Assembly (NCBI GenBank): GCA_964016885.1
Contig: CAXHJY010000593.1
Span: 1-64,000, forward strand
Length of the DNA: 64,000 nt
Source of the DNA: Eledone cirrhosa
Lineage: Eukaryota
Direction: 5' to 3'
In this document: one piece after another, positions 51,013 to 64,000 of the stretch
Position numbering within the stretch: the stretch's first letter is position 1
Layout of the letters: every line of letters begins with the position of its first letter
The notes under the pieces: generated by a model
What the model was told of the DNA's origin: nothing
The model's database searches: none
The model's input: only the letters and a program-made list of their open reading frames with translations
Translations under genes and position numbers: made by a program

Positions 51013-53979
51013 TCATTACAATAAAACTCTTTCACAAGGGTTTTAGTTTCACTACTCAATTGCTTTCGAACAGTAAGATCTGGTATAGCCAATATTTTCC
51101 TTTGTTCACTCAAAGTCATGGCCTTACACATGGTACCCATGGATACTCCAAATTCCTTGGCTGCATACATAATTGACTATGATCTGGGGTTAATATCAAT
51201 ATTTGAAGCTTTTCAAAGCATGTTGAAGTGATGTGTTTTTTCCTTCAGTTCACAAACTAAGTGATCAAGATATCAGCTTTTATTTTCAACTCAGTTTACT
51301 TTCTTTCTCTATCCTTTCATGGTTAAAGATGTTCTGGATCTAGCTTCAGCATTGTAGCAACTTCCTTAGTTACTGCTTCCTCTACTTGTTCAATATTTCA
51401 TTTCCCATAATTTCTCACTTTTATAAATAGCTAGTTGTAACTTGTTAAGTGTTCTTAAATCATGATGCAATAATTTAACTATATTTATCAGTACTTCTGA
51501 ATGTAAAAAGCAAAATAACGTTGAACTCCAATAATTTAAAAAATCATCTAAATATCTCTTCTAAACCTATCTCAAGTTTCATTGAGATGATGAGATTACA
51601 TTTATGTAAACCTGGTGTGCAATATAGAGATCTTATGGGAAAACAATACAAAATATTTATGTACCATAACCTTTGAAAGAAGTGAAAAGCCAAGCTAATG
51701 TTTTGTATGAAATTAGCACAAATAAGTATTTTCCATTTTATGTGAAAAAAATGACAATGCATTTGAGAAAAGCTCAATTTAAGTGACAAGGTTCGCTAAA
51801 CCTGAAATTTGAATGCTTGTATCACTTGGGGAGGAGGAGGCATTCCTCCCCTGAAAATCAGGGCAGATACCAATTTTCATAGTGACTGGAAAAGTAGAAG
51901 TAAAATTACCTTGAAATCTGTAAATGTAAGAAAATGTGTGTCAAATTAAGTGTTCATACCCAAATTTCAAAAACCAATATCTTAAGAACCACTCATTATT
52001 TGGACCTAATATTTGACCAGGTTTGTCATCTTAGTAATCCCTAATATTTAGCCAAATTTCATTGATTTCTGAGGTAGTGGATGTAGGATCAGAAAAATGT
52101 GACTACCTTGATAGGGAATTACTCTACTGTATACAGCAATATTGCTGGATGCCCTTCCTAACATCAACTACTTTACTATTACATCTTTGGAATTCTTGAT
52201 GAGCATTCTTCTATATTGATTTAGTTTTACTTTCACCATCATCATACAGGATATTATTACATCTTTAACTTAGCATTCATAGAATTATATACAGCTTTAG
52301 AAAATCTGTTTCTTATGTCTAATAAATACTTAACCTTGTTTTGAAATGAACTCTGTGACAAACACAAATGGTGATGACAATTTTATATTGAACTATTATA
52401 AATGCATTAGTGACAAACACTAGGCTCAAATGTAATATTCTGGTAAGTCAAGTCTACAAACTGTTTGTTTGTTTTTATTCCTGATTCAAGCCATTTCAAT
52501 TCATTTATACATATGAAGCCCTTAGGAAAGCATAGATGACGTCATTAAATTCCATTACTCTTTGCTCTATAAAATTTGTGGTCTTATGTGTGTTTAAAAA
52601 TGTAAATTATTGAAAGTGCTGAAAGATAAGTTGTAGCCATGTGTGGACTAATAATTATTTTGTGATAATAATTAGATTCAAGGTTTATTATTATTTATTC
52701 AAAGTTGGGGGATATCATAATGCACCTGTGATGTTCTCAACAAGTTGAGTCTATGAGAGTTTCAATTCCCAGTTGGAATTATTTCAGTTATATTGCTAAA
52801 GGCTTTAAAAGTAGAAGAAACCATGAACATTGCAACATATGTCTTCCTCTAAAAGAATCCCAGACTTTGAAGCTATATAAAGAAAATTCTATTTATTCAA
52901 TGAAAATTGTATGATAGAATTTTGCTTCCATCTGTCTTTTATATTATAATATAATGTGTGTATGAGATTTTATGCAAGCTAGCATGGGTGGGTTGGCTTT
53001 TCAAACTACATATCTACTGGAATTGGTTGTTCAGATGTTTCACTATTGAATGTTTATTCTGATGCAAATCAATCAACTAGTGGGTGCAGTATCTGTTTTA
53101 TTTTAATTAATTACTCTGTCATCACACTCACATACACACATACAATCGAACAATTGGTACATCACAAGATTTCTACTAATATATATTGTGTGTATGTATA
53201 CACATATTAAAATACACCAACAGAGAAAAATAAATCAAAGTTGTTTTATGTGCATTGTGAAATATGTGTATTTCTGTAGTGTATAAAGACATTTGCTTTT
53301 GTAAAAGTCATCTGTATCCATACTTAATTTGATAAAATACCTATTTATTTTTTGTTCAATCAAACCTTAGTCCCAAAATAGTTATACAATTATATGTGCA
53401 TAATGTGTGTGTCCCGGTTTTTAGTATAGGTACACTGTATCTTTGCATGTAAAAAGATTCAACTAAAAGGGATGGCGTCAGGAAAGCTTCCAGCTGTAAA
53501 ACATTGTCTCAAACCATCCTGTAACAACAGATGCCAGTATGGAAAAGTGGATGTAAAAATGAGGATGATGATGATATTATTTATAGATATATAGTAGGAT
53601 GGATATTATATCATGTTTAAGAATTTTAGTGGTTTTTCTACTGGGTGTTGTACTAATTGTGTTTCTATGTTTTATATATAAATCCAAAGAGATTGTGTCA
53701 TTTCTCTCTGCTCTTTACAAATTTCTAATGCTTTTATATCTATATGTCGCTACTTTTTATATATCATCAATAATTTTCCTAATATATGAAAGTTATTAAT
53801 AATGTAAAATTCTTAATGTTTCAAAACTTTACATTTATTCGTTATATATATGTTATCACCATATTTTCATATTTGATATCTTTCTTCAAATTTCTCCATT
53901 ACCAAATGAATCATTGGAGAATGTATTTTACAGTTGAGTGGCTTTCCACTCAAACTGTCTTTTTCTTGATAACAAAAGA

Positions 53980-54725
53980 AAAAGGATTAATGATTGAAAC
54001 ACAACAGAGCAGCCAATATCCAGCTCAATATCTTAGTGACTTGGATTTTGCAGTCAACCTTACACTCATTACTTAAACCATCAACAATGCTGAAGCTCTT
54101 CTTCAATGATTGGAAATTGCAGCAAATTTAATAATTCTATACAGCACCTCAACCAACTGAAGTGAAATTTCTCAACAAGTCAATGACTTTAAATATCTTG
54201 GATCTTATATCCTGGATTCACAAAAATAATTTAACATCTGGAAAGCTTTGGCATAAGAAGCATGTAGCCAACTTGACAAAATCTGGAAATCAAATTTCCC
54301 AACCTCTTTAAAAATTAAAATAGTTCAGACATTAATTGAGCCAATTCTCTTATATGGCTCAGAAACCTGGACACTCACCACTCACTTAGAAAACGCTTAA
54401 ATGGTACATACTCCAACTTTACTTAAAAGAGTAAAGAATCTGAGCTGGTGGTCACATCTAACCAGACAAACAATCTATGGAAGTCTGTGTCCAATATCAC
54501 TCAGACTTAAACAAAAAAGGCCCAGTTAGCAAGCCATTGTTTTAGGGTCAACAGGTGAGTAATTCCATTGCTTCTCCAATGGAAGCCCTGTAAAAGTATT
54601 TATTGTCAAAAATCAACTTACCCAGAAACTATCTCACAAGATTTGGGAATCCACCTTGGAGAACTGGAAACAGCAATACTGGATTATACAGTGTTCTGAC
54701 TAACCAGGTCAAAGGATGATGATGA
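53980..54725 (+). pseudogene. Decayed RTE-type LINE 3' half (a distinct family)
   Basis: YPAQYLSDLDFA, FKYLGS and LLYGSETWTL remnants; short (TGA)n tail. Confidence 0.75.
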
Positions 54726-57224
54726 CCACTCAACATTGATATAGAATAGTAGAGGCATGAATACAAACATACACATGAAAAATCCTTGATGTGTGTTAAG
54801 AATGCATTGCTGAAAACCTTCACATTTTAAAATTTGCATGAAATAAACATCTTATTTAATTAAAAAAATTTGACTGTTTCTCTACCCTAAACTCAAGGAC
54901 TGTAGGCTTATGTAAGTTCTTTATAAAGTTTAACATTTTTGTTTTTATCCAGAATTTTTATATTAGAAGCTGTGAGCATGAGCAGCAATAATCCATTACT
55001 GAATTTAGATGAATACCTCTTGGATATTGCCAAGTCTGGGTGATGTATGATCGATACAGTATAAATGTAATTGTTGAATTGCTCCAGACATATCTGCTTA
55101 TGCAGACTTATGGCATGGCAGTACATGATTGAACATTTAGGTCCAATCAATATGTCCGGCCTACTGAATATATAGATAGGAAATGTTCAGTTTATCAGTT
55201 TATGCACTGGAATTTTATTAATGCTCTAACCTTCACCAACTCATCTTTATTGCAGGATATACTGTTCTAAGATTTACTGCTTAAAGCATTTGGTCCCCAT
55301 TTAAAAGGTGATAGAGAGTAAAATACCATCAATTCAGTAGGCTGAGCTAATATATAAGAAGTGCTATGACTTTCAAATATTGTTGTTTTTTTTTCAGTGT
55401 TCAGCTTGTACCAGATTTTAGCCACACACATACATAAAATATTCACAAGTATTTTATCCTTTGACTTGATAATCTTCTTTGGATGTATTTTTGTTTTGAG
55501 CTTCAAGGTACTTAAAAGTTAAAATGACCTAGTTTAAAGTACCAGTTGGTAGCAGTAAACAAATTCGCGCAATTGATAGACTAACGGTTTCTTATATTCT
55601 GAGTTCAAATCCCTGTGTAGTTAATTTTACCTTTCATCTTTCCTGAGTCAATAAAATAAGTACCCGTCTAATATGGAAGTTGATATAATCAACTAACCCA
55701 CTTTCAAACAAAAGTATATTCTATGTTACATATCATTTTATTATTACAGTGAAATATGTATATTTTATTACAATTGTATAAATTTAATAACGTTGTGAAT
55801 ATGTTTTAAATACATACATAAATAACATAATAAATGCGTAAATAACATTATAAATTGCTCGCAATTCTTTCACCAGGACAAATTTAATGTCTAAACCTTG
55901 TATAATAACACAATAATATAAATTCATTGAACAAAACTGATAAAGGAAAGAAAAAAAAAGGGGGGGGGGGGGGGCAATTCACCACTAGGTGTGATAATCG
56001 ACCGCACCTCACACCTTAGGGGTTAACTGCACGCGCTCACAGCATGACCACAGGTGATGGCTAGGCTAAATCGCTGAAATAACCAGGCACCCTCACGGGC
56101 TTCACCTGACACCTCAGTAAGGTGAGCCTCCAGTGACAACAAGAATGTCGCTGTTAATGACCCAACTCCACCGAACGCCACAGGTTGGAAAAATAATTAT
56201 TTGATAAGTCCTGGTATTTCCGGGTTGAATGGTTGAAATAGTAGAGCAGAGTATAGTATTTAACATTGTCCTGGGTTAATAAAATAAGTACCAGACATGC
56301 ACTGAAATTATTTCAGCTGACTATAGCCTTCCATTCAAAATTACTGGCATTTTGCCACTATAAGAAATAATAATTATTTTTTCATTGTAAACTAGAATAA
56401 ATTATAGATATAAAAATCATGTTTGTGAAAAAAATACCTGAAGTTGGTGTTTAATATATTCTGTTTTTACAATTAGTCTCTTTTCTATATTCTCTCTTAG
56501 CTTATAACATTATTGTTGTGCTTACTTAGTTTAAGGAGGCAGAAGATGAACAATGTCCTTCAACTCCTCTTACTCTTGGGTCTTCAATAATTGTCCCCCT
56601 TCTCCATTTATTTTTCAGACCCCCCCCCCCCCCCCCCCCCCACACACACTGCTTATTAAATTTTGCTAATCTATCTCCGGCAAAATTTATTTCAAGTGGT
56701 AGCATTATTCCTGCAACAATTAATTTTCTCTATACATTAAAAATCAGTATGCATGACAAAAAAAAGGTACATTACTAGAAATCCCACACATCATAAAATA
56801 AATAGGATGGATTGGGGGTCTTAATATGTAAACTAAACCAACTATGGTTTTTAAAAAAATCAAAAATGAACAAAATCAATCTAGAAAAATTACCGTTTTT
56901 CCAACCCCCTCACTTATTCAAACTCACCACTTATTGAAACCCCTCACTTATTCACCCCACCCCTATTATTTGGGACCCTTAAGTAGATTGAAATATAAAG
57001 ATCTAACTCTGCATGTGTGGTTCATTTAATTTTGAAAATAAAGAATTTAGTGTAACTTTCTCATAGATAAAGTGATATTTAGAACATTACTTAAGACACA
57101 TTTCTAAAATAAAATTATGATGGGAGGTTTTAATATAAGGATAAACATTTTAAAATAAAGTTTTCTATCATAAATCCATAGCAGTTTCATGCAGTTTGGT
57201 ATCAAAAGAGTTAATGCAGTTTAA

Positions 57225-57243
57225 CCCTTTAGCATTTACATTA

Positions 57244-57276
<33 letters not shown>

Positions 57277-57479
57277 GCTTTCACCGTATTTTTGACTAAA
57301 GGAATTTTAGCTTGATAACGGGGTTTAGAACCCTCAGATAAATGGAAAAAGATGAGTATTGACGTACATGTTTCAAAACATACTTACTTGATATATATAT
57401 ATATATTTATTAAAATAACAGATATATATTTATCCTTATCGAGCCCTCTTTGGATTTTAGTCTTCAAATTTATTATTAT

Positions 57480-57521
<42 letters not shown>

Positions 57522-57780
57522 TATTGTATTTTTACAATAAAGGCTTTACCTCACATAATTATCTCACATAATATTTTATCTATGAGATTTTGATATTATT
57601 TATTTTGATAACATACCAGTAATGCACTGGGTAATTGCTGGCCTTGTGCCACAAGTAGAAACAATTATTTATTTTGATAACAATATCTTAACATCAGTAT
57701 GAGTGGACAGTTACAGTCGGTTATAAAAGAAAGAGGTGAGAGAACTCTGGCCGGATATGGCTGGTTTAAATGCTAAAGGG
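57225..57780. mobile_element. piggyBac-like MITE
   Basis: TTAA on both sides; 14-bp perfect TIR CCCTTTAGCATTTA / TAAATGCTAAAGGG. Confidence 0.82.
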
Positions 57781-59039
57781 TTAATGTTCAGTTTAAATTA
57801 GTTTGGACTAATGGTTGAGAAGTAAACATGTGTATACAAGCTTTCAAAGGGCTGCACTTTTGAGGCAGGGAAATTGTGCAGTAGAATCTCTGTTAGATTG
57901 TCTGAATTAAGTAGACTAATGAAAAAATGTTGATATTTGCATATTTGCTAAATCATTTATAAAAATATACTGAAGCAAAAACCAAACAGTGAGTGTGTTT
58001 TACTATATTTTTTTTCCGACAATATTAGGACAACATAACCCTTCCCAAATATAACAATATTAAAAAAGGTTATTTTCAATTTATTTCTAAATCTTACACA
58101 TATATAATCAATTTTTGTTGATGTTCTACCTTTTTCAACAGATTTCTATGCACACCTGTTGGAGTACAATACAGAAAATGTTCCTGTGTGCAGCAAAGAA
58201 AACTGATTATATGCACTGCCAAGACTGAAATCATTGGTTATTTGTTTTCATCCAATCAACTCAAAAGGTTTGTTTTATATATTAAACTTCCATGACAAGT
58301 GCACTACAACTGGAATTGGCTTTCTTTTTTATTATTCATGTGTGTGAGAGAGAGAGATTAGTATTTTAAGTGACTTTCTTAATTTTTCTATCTTCACAAA
58401 AGATATATAAATTTGAGACATTTATATATTCCAAAGAGTAGCTTTTTGTTTATTTATGTATTTGTAACATAAATGACGATCTGCGCATTGCAATTATTGC
58501 ACTAATGCTTTTAAGAAAGACATGGTTGTCACACACTTGCCATTTTTTTCTCCCATAAACTTGAGGTTTCTCCACCAATATAAGAATGTATTAATATTCA
58601 TGTTGTTGAAAGCCTGATGGCATTTTGGCTGAGATAGTAGAGGACTTGTTACTCTATTGCATCTGGTTAAGTGTTTCACAGCTCAGAGTTGAATTCACAT
58701 TGTAGGAAATGATGGATTTTCAAAAGCCATAGATGAAATAAATACCAGTAATAAACTGCAATTGATTCAACTGAGCTATATTTTCCCCCCTAAATAAATC
58801 ATTATTAATTAGGGTGGGGAGGGCAGTAGACTGACAGTATTGGTAGAATGTCGGACAACATGCTTTGCAGCAAATAGTTACATCCCTTTACATTCTGAGT
58901 TCAAATCCGGCTGAGGTTAGCTTTGCCTTTCATCCTTACGGATTCAATAAAATATAAAGTACCAGTAATGCACTGGGGTCAATTTAATCGACTTACCCCT
59001 TCATCAAAATTGTTGACTTTATGCCTAAATCATAACCAT

Positions 59040-62000
59040 TCATCATAATCATCATCATCATCATCTTCGTTTAACGTCCATTTTCCACGCTAGCATGGGT
59101 TAGGCGGGAGTTGTCCCAATTTGAGTTAAGGTTGGTCGGGTGACCGTGCCTCGCTCATATAGGACTATCTGGCAGGTTTTCTATGGCTGGATGCCCTTCC
59201 TAACACCAACCACATTTACAGTGTGGAACTGGGAACTTTTTACCGTGTTACCTACATGGCCAGATTACAGCGTGGACTGTGTTTTTTTTCTCGTGACACC
59301 TACACAATCTCGATCTCGGTCTCATTTATTTGGACTGGATGTTGTGGTACCAACTTTACAGAGAGAGGGTGGTGTTGGTGGGAGTGGGAGGATAGGGTAG
59401 GGGTAGTGGATTCATCATCATCATCACCGTTTTACGTCCATTCTTCCACGCTAGCATGGGTTTTGTGGTGTATATTTGTTTAAGAGGTGCCTACTAACTG
59501 TAGGTTTCGCTTTGTATATAGGCAAGGCGGGTCTTCTGTATTACTGCATAGCGCCAAAGATCTCGCTCCAGTGACATTGTCTTAGAGAGGTGCAAGTGTG
59601 TAAGGTCGGAATTTATTAGATCATCCCAGGTTTTTCTGGGTCTACCTACTCCGTAACTACCATCAATTTTGATTGCCCTGCATTTTTTTATACAGCTGTC
59701 GTCTTTCATGCGCATCACGTGGCCATACCAACGTAGTCTTCTCTCAAGTAAACAGCATCTGATCCCTCTTATTCATAATTTCTCACTTAGTTCATTTATG
59801 CTTTGCCAATCACGTATATTACTATTACACATCCAACGGAGCATGCATGCTTCGTTCCTTTCCAGTCTGCGCAGGTCCTCTGCACATAATGTCCATGTCT
59901 CACTGCCATGTAGCATTGCTGTTCGTATACAAGCATCATACAATCTGCCTTTCATTTTTAGAGAGAAACCTTTTGTGGCCAACAGTGGTATAAGCTCTCT
60001 GAACATTTTCTATCCCGTTCTGACTCTGGCTACTGTACTTTCAGAGCACCCTCCACCACTGCTGATTTTGTCACCCAGGTAACGGAAAGTGTCTACTATT
60101 TCTATAGAACCATCTGGGCAATAGAAGGAGCTAGTATCCTGTGGACACTACTTATTGCACCAGAGCATCAGCCTCATATCAAGTCTACATTCTTAGATAG
60201 TTTACCTGTGATCCCACTACATCTTTTATGTACCCATACTTTGCATTTGGGACATAAAATGGAATTTCTGCCTACTCCTTTCCTACACACTGAGCATGGC
60301 CATTTCCCTGAGGACATCTCTTGCCCTATTTTCCTTTCTAGAAACTAGAACTTTAGTCTTAGACAAGTTAACTTTAAGGCCTTTTGATTCTAGGCCATGC
60401 TTCCATGTTTGGAATTTTTTCTCAAGTTCAGCTATGAGCGTTAGATCATCTGCATATAGGAGTTCCCATGAGCAGCCAGTCTTGAACTCCTCTGTTATAG
60501 CCTGAAGGGCAATAATAAATAGGAGGGGGCTAAGGACAGAGCCTTGATGAACACCAACTTTTACACTAAATTCTTCACAATATTCATTGTTAATTCTAAC
60601 CTTACTGACTGTTTCATTATACATAGCTTGTATAGCTCTCAAGCCATTCCTCTACACCTAGTTTTCTAAGAGCCCACCAGATAATGGAGCGGGGGACTCT
60701 CTCCAGGCTTTCTCCAGGTCTACAAAAGCTAAGTAGAGGGGTTTACTTTTACTTGTAGTTGTCGTACAAGGAAAAGAGCGTCTGTGGTACTTTTACCTGA
60801 CACAAACCCTAACTGCATTTCATCTAGATCAATTCGCTCTCTGATTAGTTGCGCTATAACTCTTTCTGTGACCTTCATGACCTGGTCAACTAACTTAATG
60901 CCTCTATAGTTTCCCCTATCTAGAGCATCCCCTTTACCCTTGTAGCAGTTAATGATGATGCTGCTACGCCAGTCTTTTGGTATGACCCCATTCTGTATTA
61001 CTTGGTTAACTATACGGGTGACCGTAGTGTATCCCACCATACCAGATGCCTTCAACATCTCAGCAACTATCTCCGAAGGCCCAGCTGCCTTGCCTGTCTT
61101 CATATCTTTGATTGCCTTACTTATTATACTACCTTTAACTTGCACCGCTGGTCCTTCTATTGGATCGATTTGGGGCAGACTATCTTTTTCCCATTTATTC
61201 TCCTCATTTAATAGTCTCTCATAGCGACACTTCCGGGCTATCTTCTTATCAGTATCAGTGAGCGCAAGTACACCGTTATCATTACGGACACACTTCTCCC
61301 CGACAATATCACGGTTTTCCTTGACACATTGTCTAACAATCCTGAACACCTCACGTTTTTGGCCCTGACGTTGTAGAACATGCTTGAACTTTCTATCCTC
61401 TGCTACCCTTTTTGCAAGGTACACTTGTCTCCTAGCTTCTCTCCTGGCCACTTGATAGTGCTCTCTACTTCCCCCATCCTGCCATACTTTCCAAGCCTGC
61501 TTTTTGGCCTTGGTTGTCTCTTCCACCTTACTGTTCCACCACCAAGTTACTCTCCTCCTGCCAACAGGTCTGCTCCAGCCACAGACTTCATCCGTTGCTT
61601 TCAGCAGGTTCACTTTCAAGAATTGCCACTGTTCCTCTATATCGCATGTCTCTAATTGCTCTTCCTTATTGTCAAAGGCATCAAGTAATAAGCTTTTAAA
61701 TTTGTCACTGGCTATGGGGTCCTTCAACTTCCATATTCTTCTCATCAAGGTAGGCCTCTTCTGTCGTCGAGTACGTCTATTCCTGACTATGAGGTCACTA
61801 ACTACTAGGCTATGTTGGGAGGTGCATTCTTCATGGGGGAGGGATTTAGTGTTTACAACAGACACTTTGTCCCGTCTTCTAGTAAGGATATAATCTATCT
61901 GGCTGGCGTGTTCCCCTGATCTATAGGTGATCAAGTGGTTTTCACATTTTTTGAAGTTTGTGTTACAGATAGTTAGGCTATTTGCGTCACAGAATTCCAG

Positions 62001-62423
62001 GATTCTGAAGCCCTCCTCATTTCTATTTCCAACCCCATAGCCTCCATGGATTCCATCATAGCCATCACTATGTTGTCCAACGGGACCGTTTAGATCGCCA
62101 GCAATAATTAAGTAGTTGCTGTCGGTTATTTGGGAGGTAGTCTGCATTAGCATCTCATAGAACCTGTCCTTTATAACGTCAGGTAGACCAGATTGGGGTG
62201 CATAAGCAGATATTATTGTCACAGTAGTTCTATTTAGAACTAGTCTTAATTTAATTATTCTGTCATTCACTCTATTTACGTCAATTACCTTATCTACCCA
62301 TTTTTCAGCTAACATAATTCCTACACCACCCTGTCCGTTGTCATTTCCCACCCAGAAAAGTTTATAGCATCGTTTTTTACCCACGATGAATCTGGCAGAC
62401 CCTCCTCTCCACCTAGTCTCTTG
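59040..62423 (-). mobile_element. Older RTE family A copy with frameshifts
   Basis: ORFs 60729-62384, 60283-60642, 59773-60006 and 59494-59718 are colinear with the 13931 ORF; (TGA)n tail; a family C tail is nested at ~59411-59460. Confidence 0.92.
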
Positions 62424-62781
62424 ATTTATTAATCAGAAATTGAAGAAATGGTACAGAGAATTTAGAGATAGCCAGAATTCAAATCTAGCTGTGAAAAATT
62501 ATACTTCGTTTTCTTGTATAAAAGAAAGATCCCTGTAACATATTGGTAGTTGATCTAATTATATTGTTCTTAATATTTGGATCATGGGAACATCAGCTAT
62601 TTTAGTGAAGTGCTACTGGGATTGATTTAATCAATGTCACTGTCTCCTGAAAAGTATGACTTTGTGTCAAAGTTAGATATTATTATAATTACTATTACTT
62701 TGTCACACAGTGTAAATGGAAAATGCAGTGAAGTATTTAGTCATCTGTAAAATCACAACAAGGACCTCAGACAGATAATCA

Positions 62782-62990
62782 TTCACTCACTCACTAACGA
62801 GTCGAGTTTCCTTGATCCAATGAACAGTACACTTTCCATTTGTCGCGATCTAACATTATCACTCCAAGATCCATTAAATTTCCTCCCACATCAGCACATA
62901 GCATATCCAGATATATTGTTGCAGGACGAGCTCTACTTCTACGCCCGTGCGCAGGCTTTCATAAACGGCTGACGCACTCGTTTTTTGCCC
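62782..62990 (-). mobile_element. RTE-type 3' fragment with (AGTG)n tail
   Basis: Minus frame ...MLDRDKWK... followed by TAGTGAGTGAGTG. Confidence 0.55.
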
Positions 62991-63448
62991 TGTAATAATA
63001 ATAATAATAATAATATCTAACTAATTCAACTAATTCAATAAATCAAGAGAAGATTCTTTAAATTTATGGGTTCCCTCACAAAATTGTTCAAGTCATTGGT
63101 GTTATGTATCAGAATACCATTTCAAAAGTCATGTCTGATGATGGTGAGGTTGATTAGCAGAATTAGTAGATCATCTGACATAACATTTAGTAATATTTCA
63201 TTTCATCTCTCTACATTCTGAGTTCAAATTCTGCCAGAGTTCCTTTACTTTTCATCCTTTCTGGGCCAATAAAATATTTACCAGTCAAGTACTTGTCTAC
63301 TGGATTTAGTTGACTTGTCTCTACCTCTTGTGTTCTTGTCTATTGTTACTTAAAGATGCACATATACATACAACTACATGTAATTAGCCAATTAAAGGAT
63401 CTCTATGTGTGGTTACATGATCTCCTACAGTATATATATATAAGTATT

Positions 63449-63745
63449 GCATGGATTAGTGATTAGGGTAATCAGCTCACGATTGTAAGGTCATGAGTTT
63501 GATTCCCAGCATCACGTTTAATTCTCATTCATTCCACTTAGCTGGCAAAAGATGAGTTGTACTTTGTAATTCAAAGGTTCAGCCTTGTCACATTCTTTGT
63601 CATGCTGAATCTTCTTGAGAACTACATTAAGGTTAGGTTTGTCTGTGGAATGCTTAGCCACCTGTTCATTAATTTCATGAGCAGTCTGTTTCGTCAATCG
63701 TATCGACTGGAATACTAGTCATCATAACAGTCAGTACCACTTTAG
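63449..63745 (+). mobile_element. Decayed tRNA-derived SINE
   Basis: Box A-like TGGATTAGTGA, box B-like GAGTTTGATTCC. Confidence 0.55.
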
Positions 63746-64000
63746 TTATGTATGTATATATATATGTATGTATATAAAGTACCAGTAGAATACTGGAGTC
63801 AATTCTTCCACTCTCTCTCTTCTTCTCTGGAAGAAACCTGCTGTATTCAGGCCTGGAGAAGAGATAGCCCCACCAGGTTTAAAATGCACCTGGAATGCTG
63901 TATGTCAATGCAACACCCCCTTATGACCACTTTAGGTGTTACGGTACCATACATACATATAAAGAACAAATTTCTTCTTCGCTTTACCTGTGTGTGTGTG

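Larger units (their letters stand above)
47990..52124 (-). mobile_element. Decayed DNA transposon, probably Sola2-like
   Basis: Transposase remnants EFYCNDECSQLMPRKKDYVS...LYSQFKVKYP..EIGFSTF..KWC, VC.YPSS/HQN region and C-terminal FSWPRCEDVCWMP; minus-strand start GAGTAATTCCC at 52124. Family call is from remembered motifs and the boundaries are approximate. Confidence 0.55.

Noticed and set aside
39763-56641. Poly-G/poly-C runs (39763-39783, 55960-55974, 56620-56641) as G-quadruplex elements
   Set aside because: Isolated homopolymers with no supporting context.
37350-64000. Short ORFs as host exons (e.g. 44608-44904, 53599-53799)
   Set aside because: No domain similarity or convincing splice-site pairs. 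Small exons cannot be excluded without RNA data.

Overview
This is eukaryotic, repeat-saturated DNA, most likely from a cephalopod (Octopus-like tRNA/CORE SINEs, RTE LINEs with (TGA)n tails, giant interrupted (TA)n arrays). I found no host protein-coding gene; the long Tyr/Ile ORFs are microsatellite artefacts. From 1 to about 36.9 kb, kb-long (TA)n arrays are packed with mobile elements: two Tx1-like L1 LINEs, a Neptune-type Penelope-like element (PLE), several RTE LINEs (one with an uninterrupted ~1000-codon ORF containing a PHD finger), a CR1-clade LINE with an intact APE-RT ORF, a DD37D Tc1/mariner deletion derivative, SINEs, and a 605-bp non-coding element present three times. From 37 to 64 kb the DNA is AT-rich with older repeats, including a SINE inside a Helitron inside a DNA-transposon relic, and hAT and piggyBac-like MITEs. 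The main discovery is a set of minimal type-I hammerhead ribozyme motifs in the non-coding islands between the TA arrays. Three have a canonical core (1228-1272, 22577-22636, 24540-24582). A U3-A8 core variant occurs in the Neptune 3' end (8900-8936) and in both arms of a perfect 301-bp palindrome (36112-36412). All structures were read by eye and none has been computed or tested.
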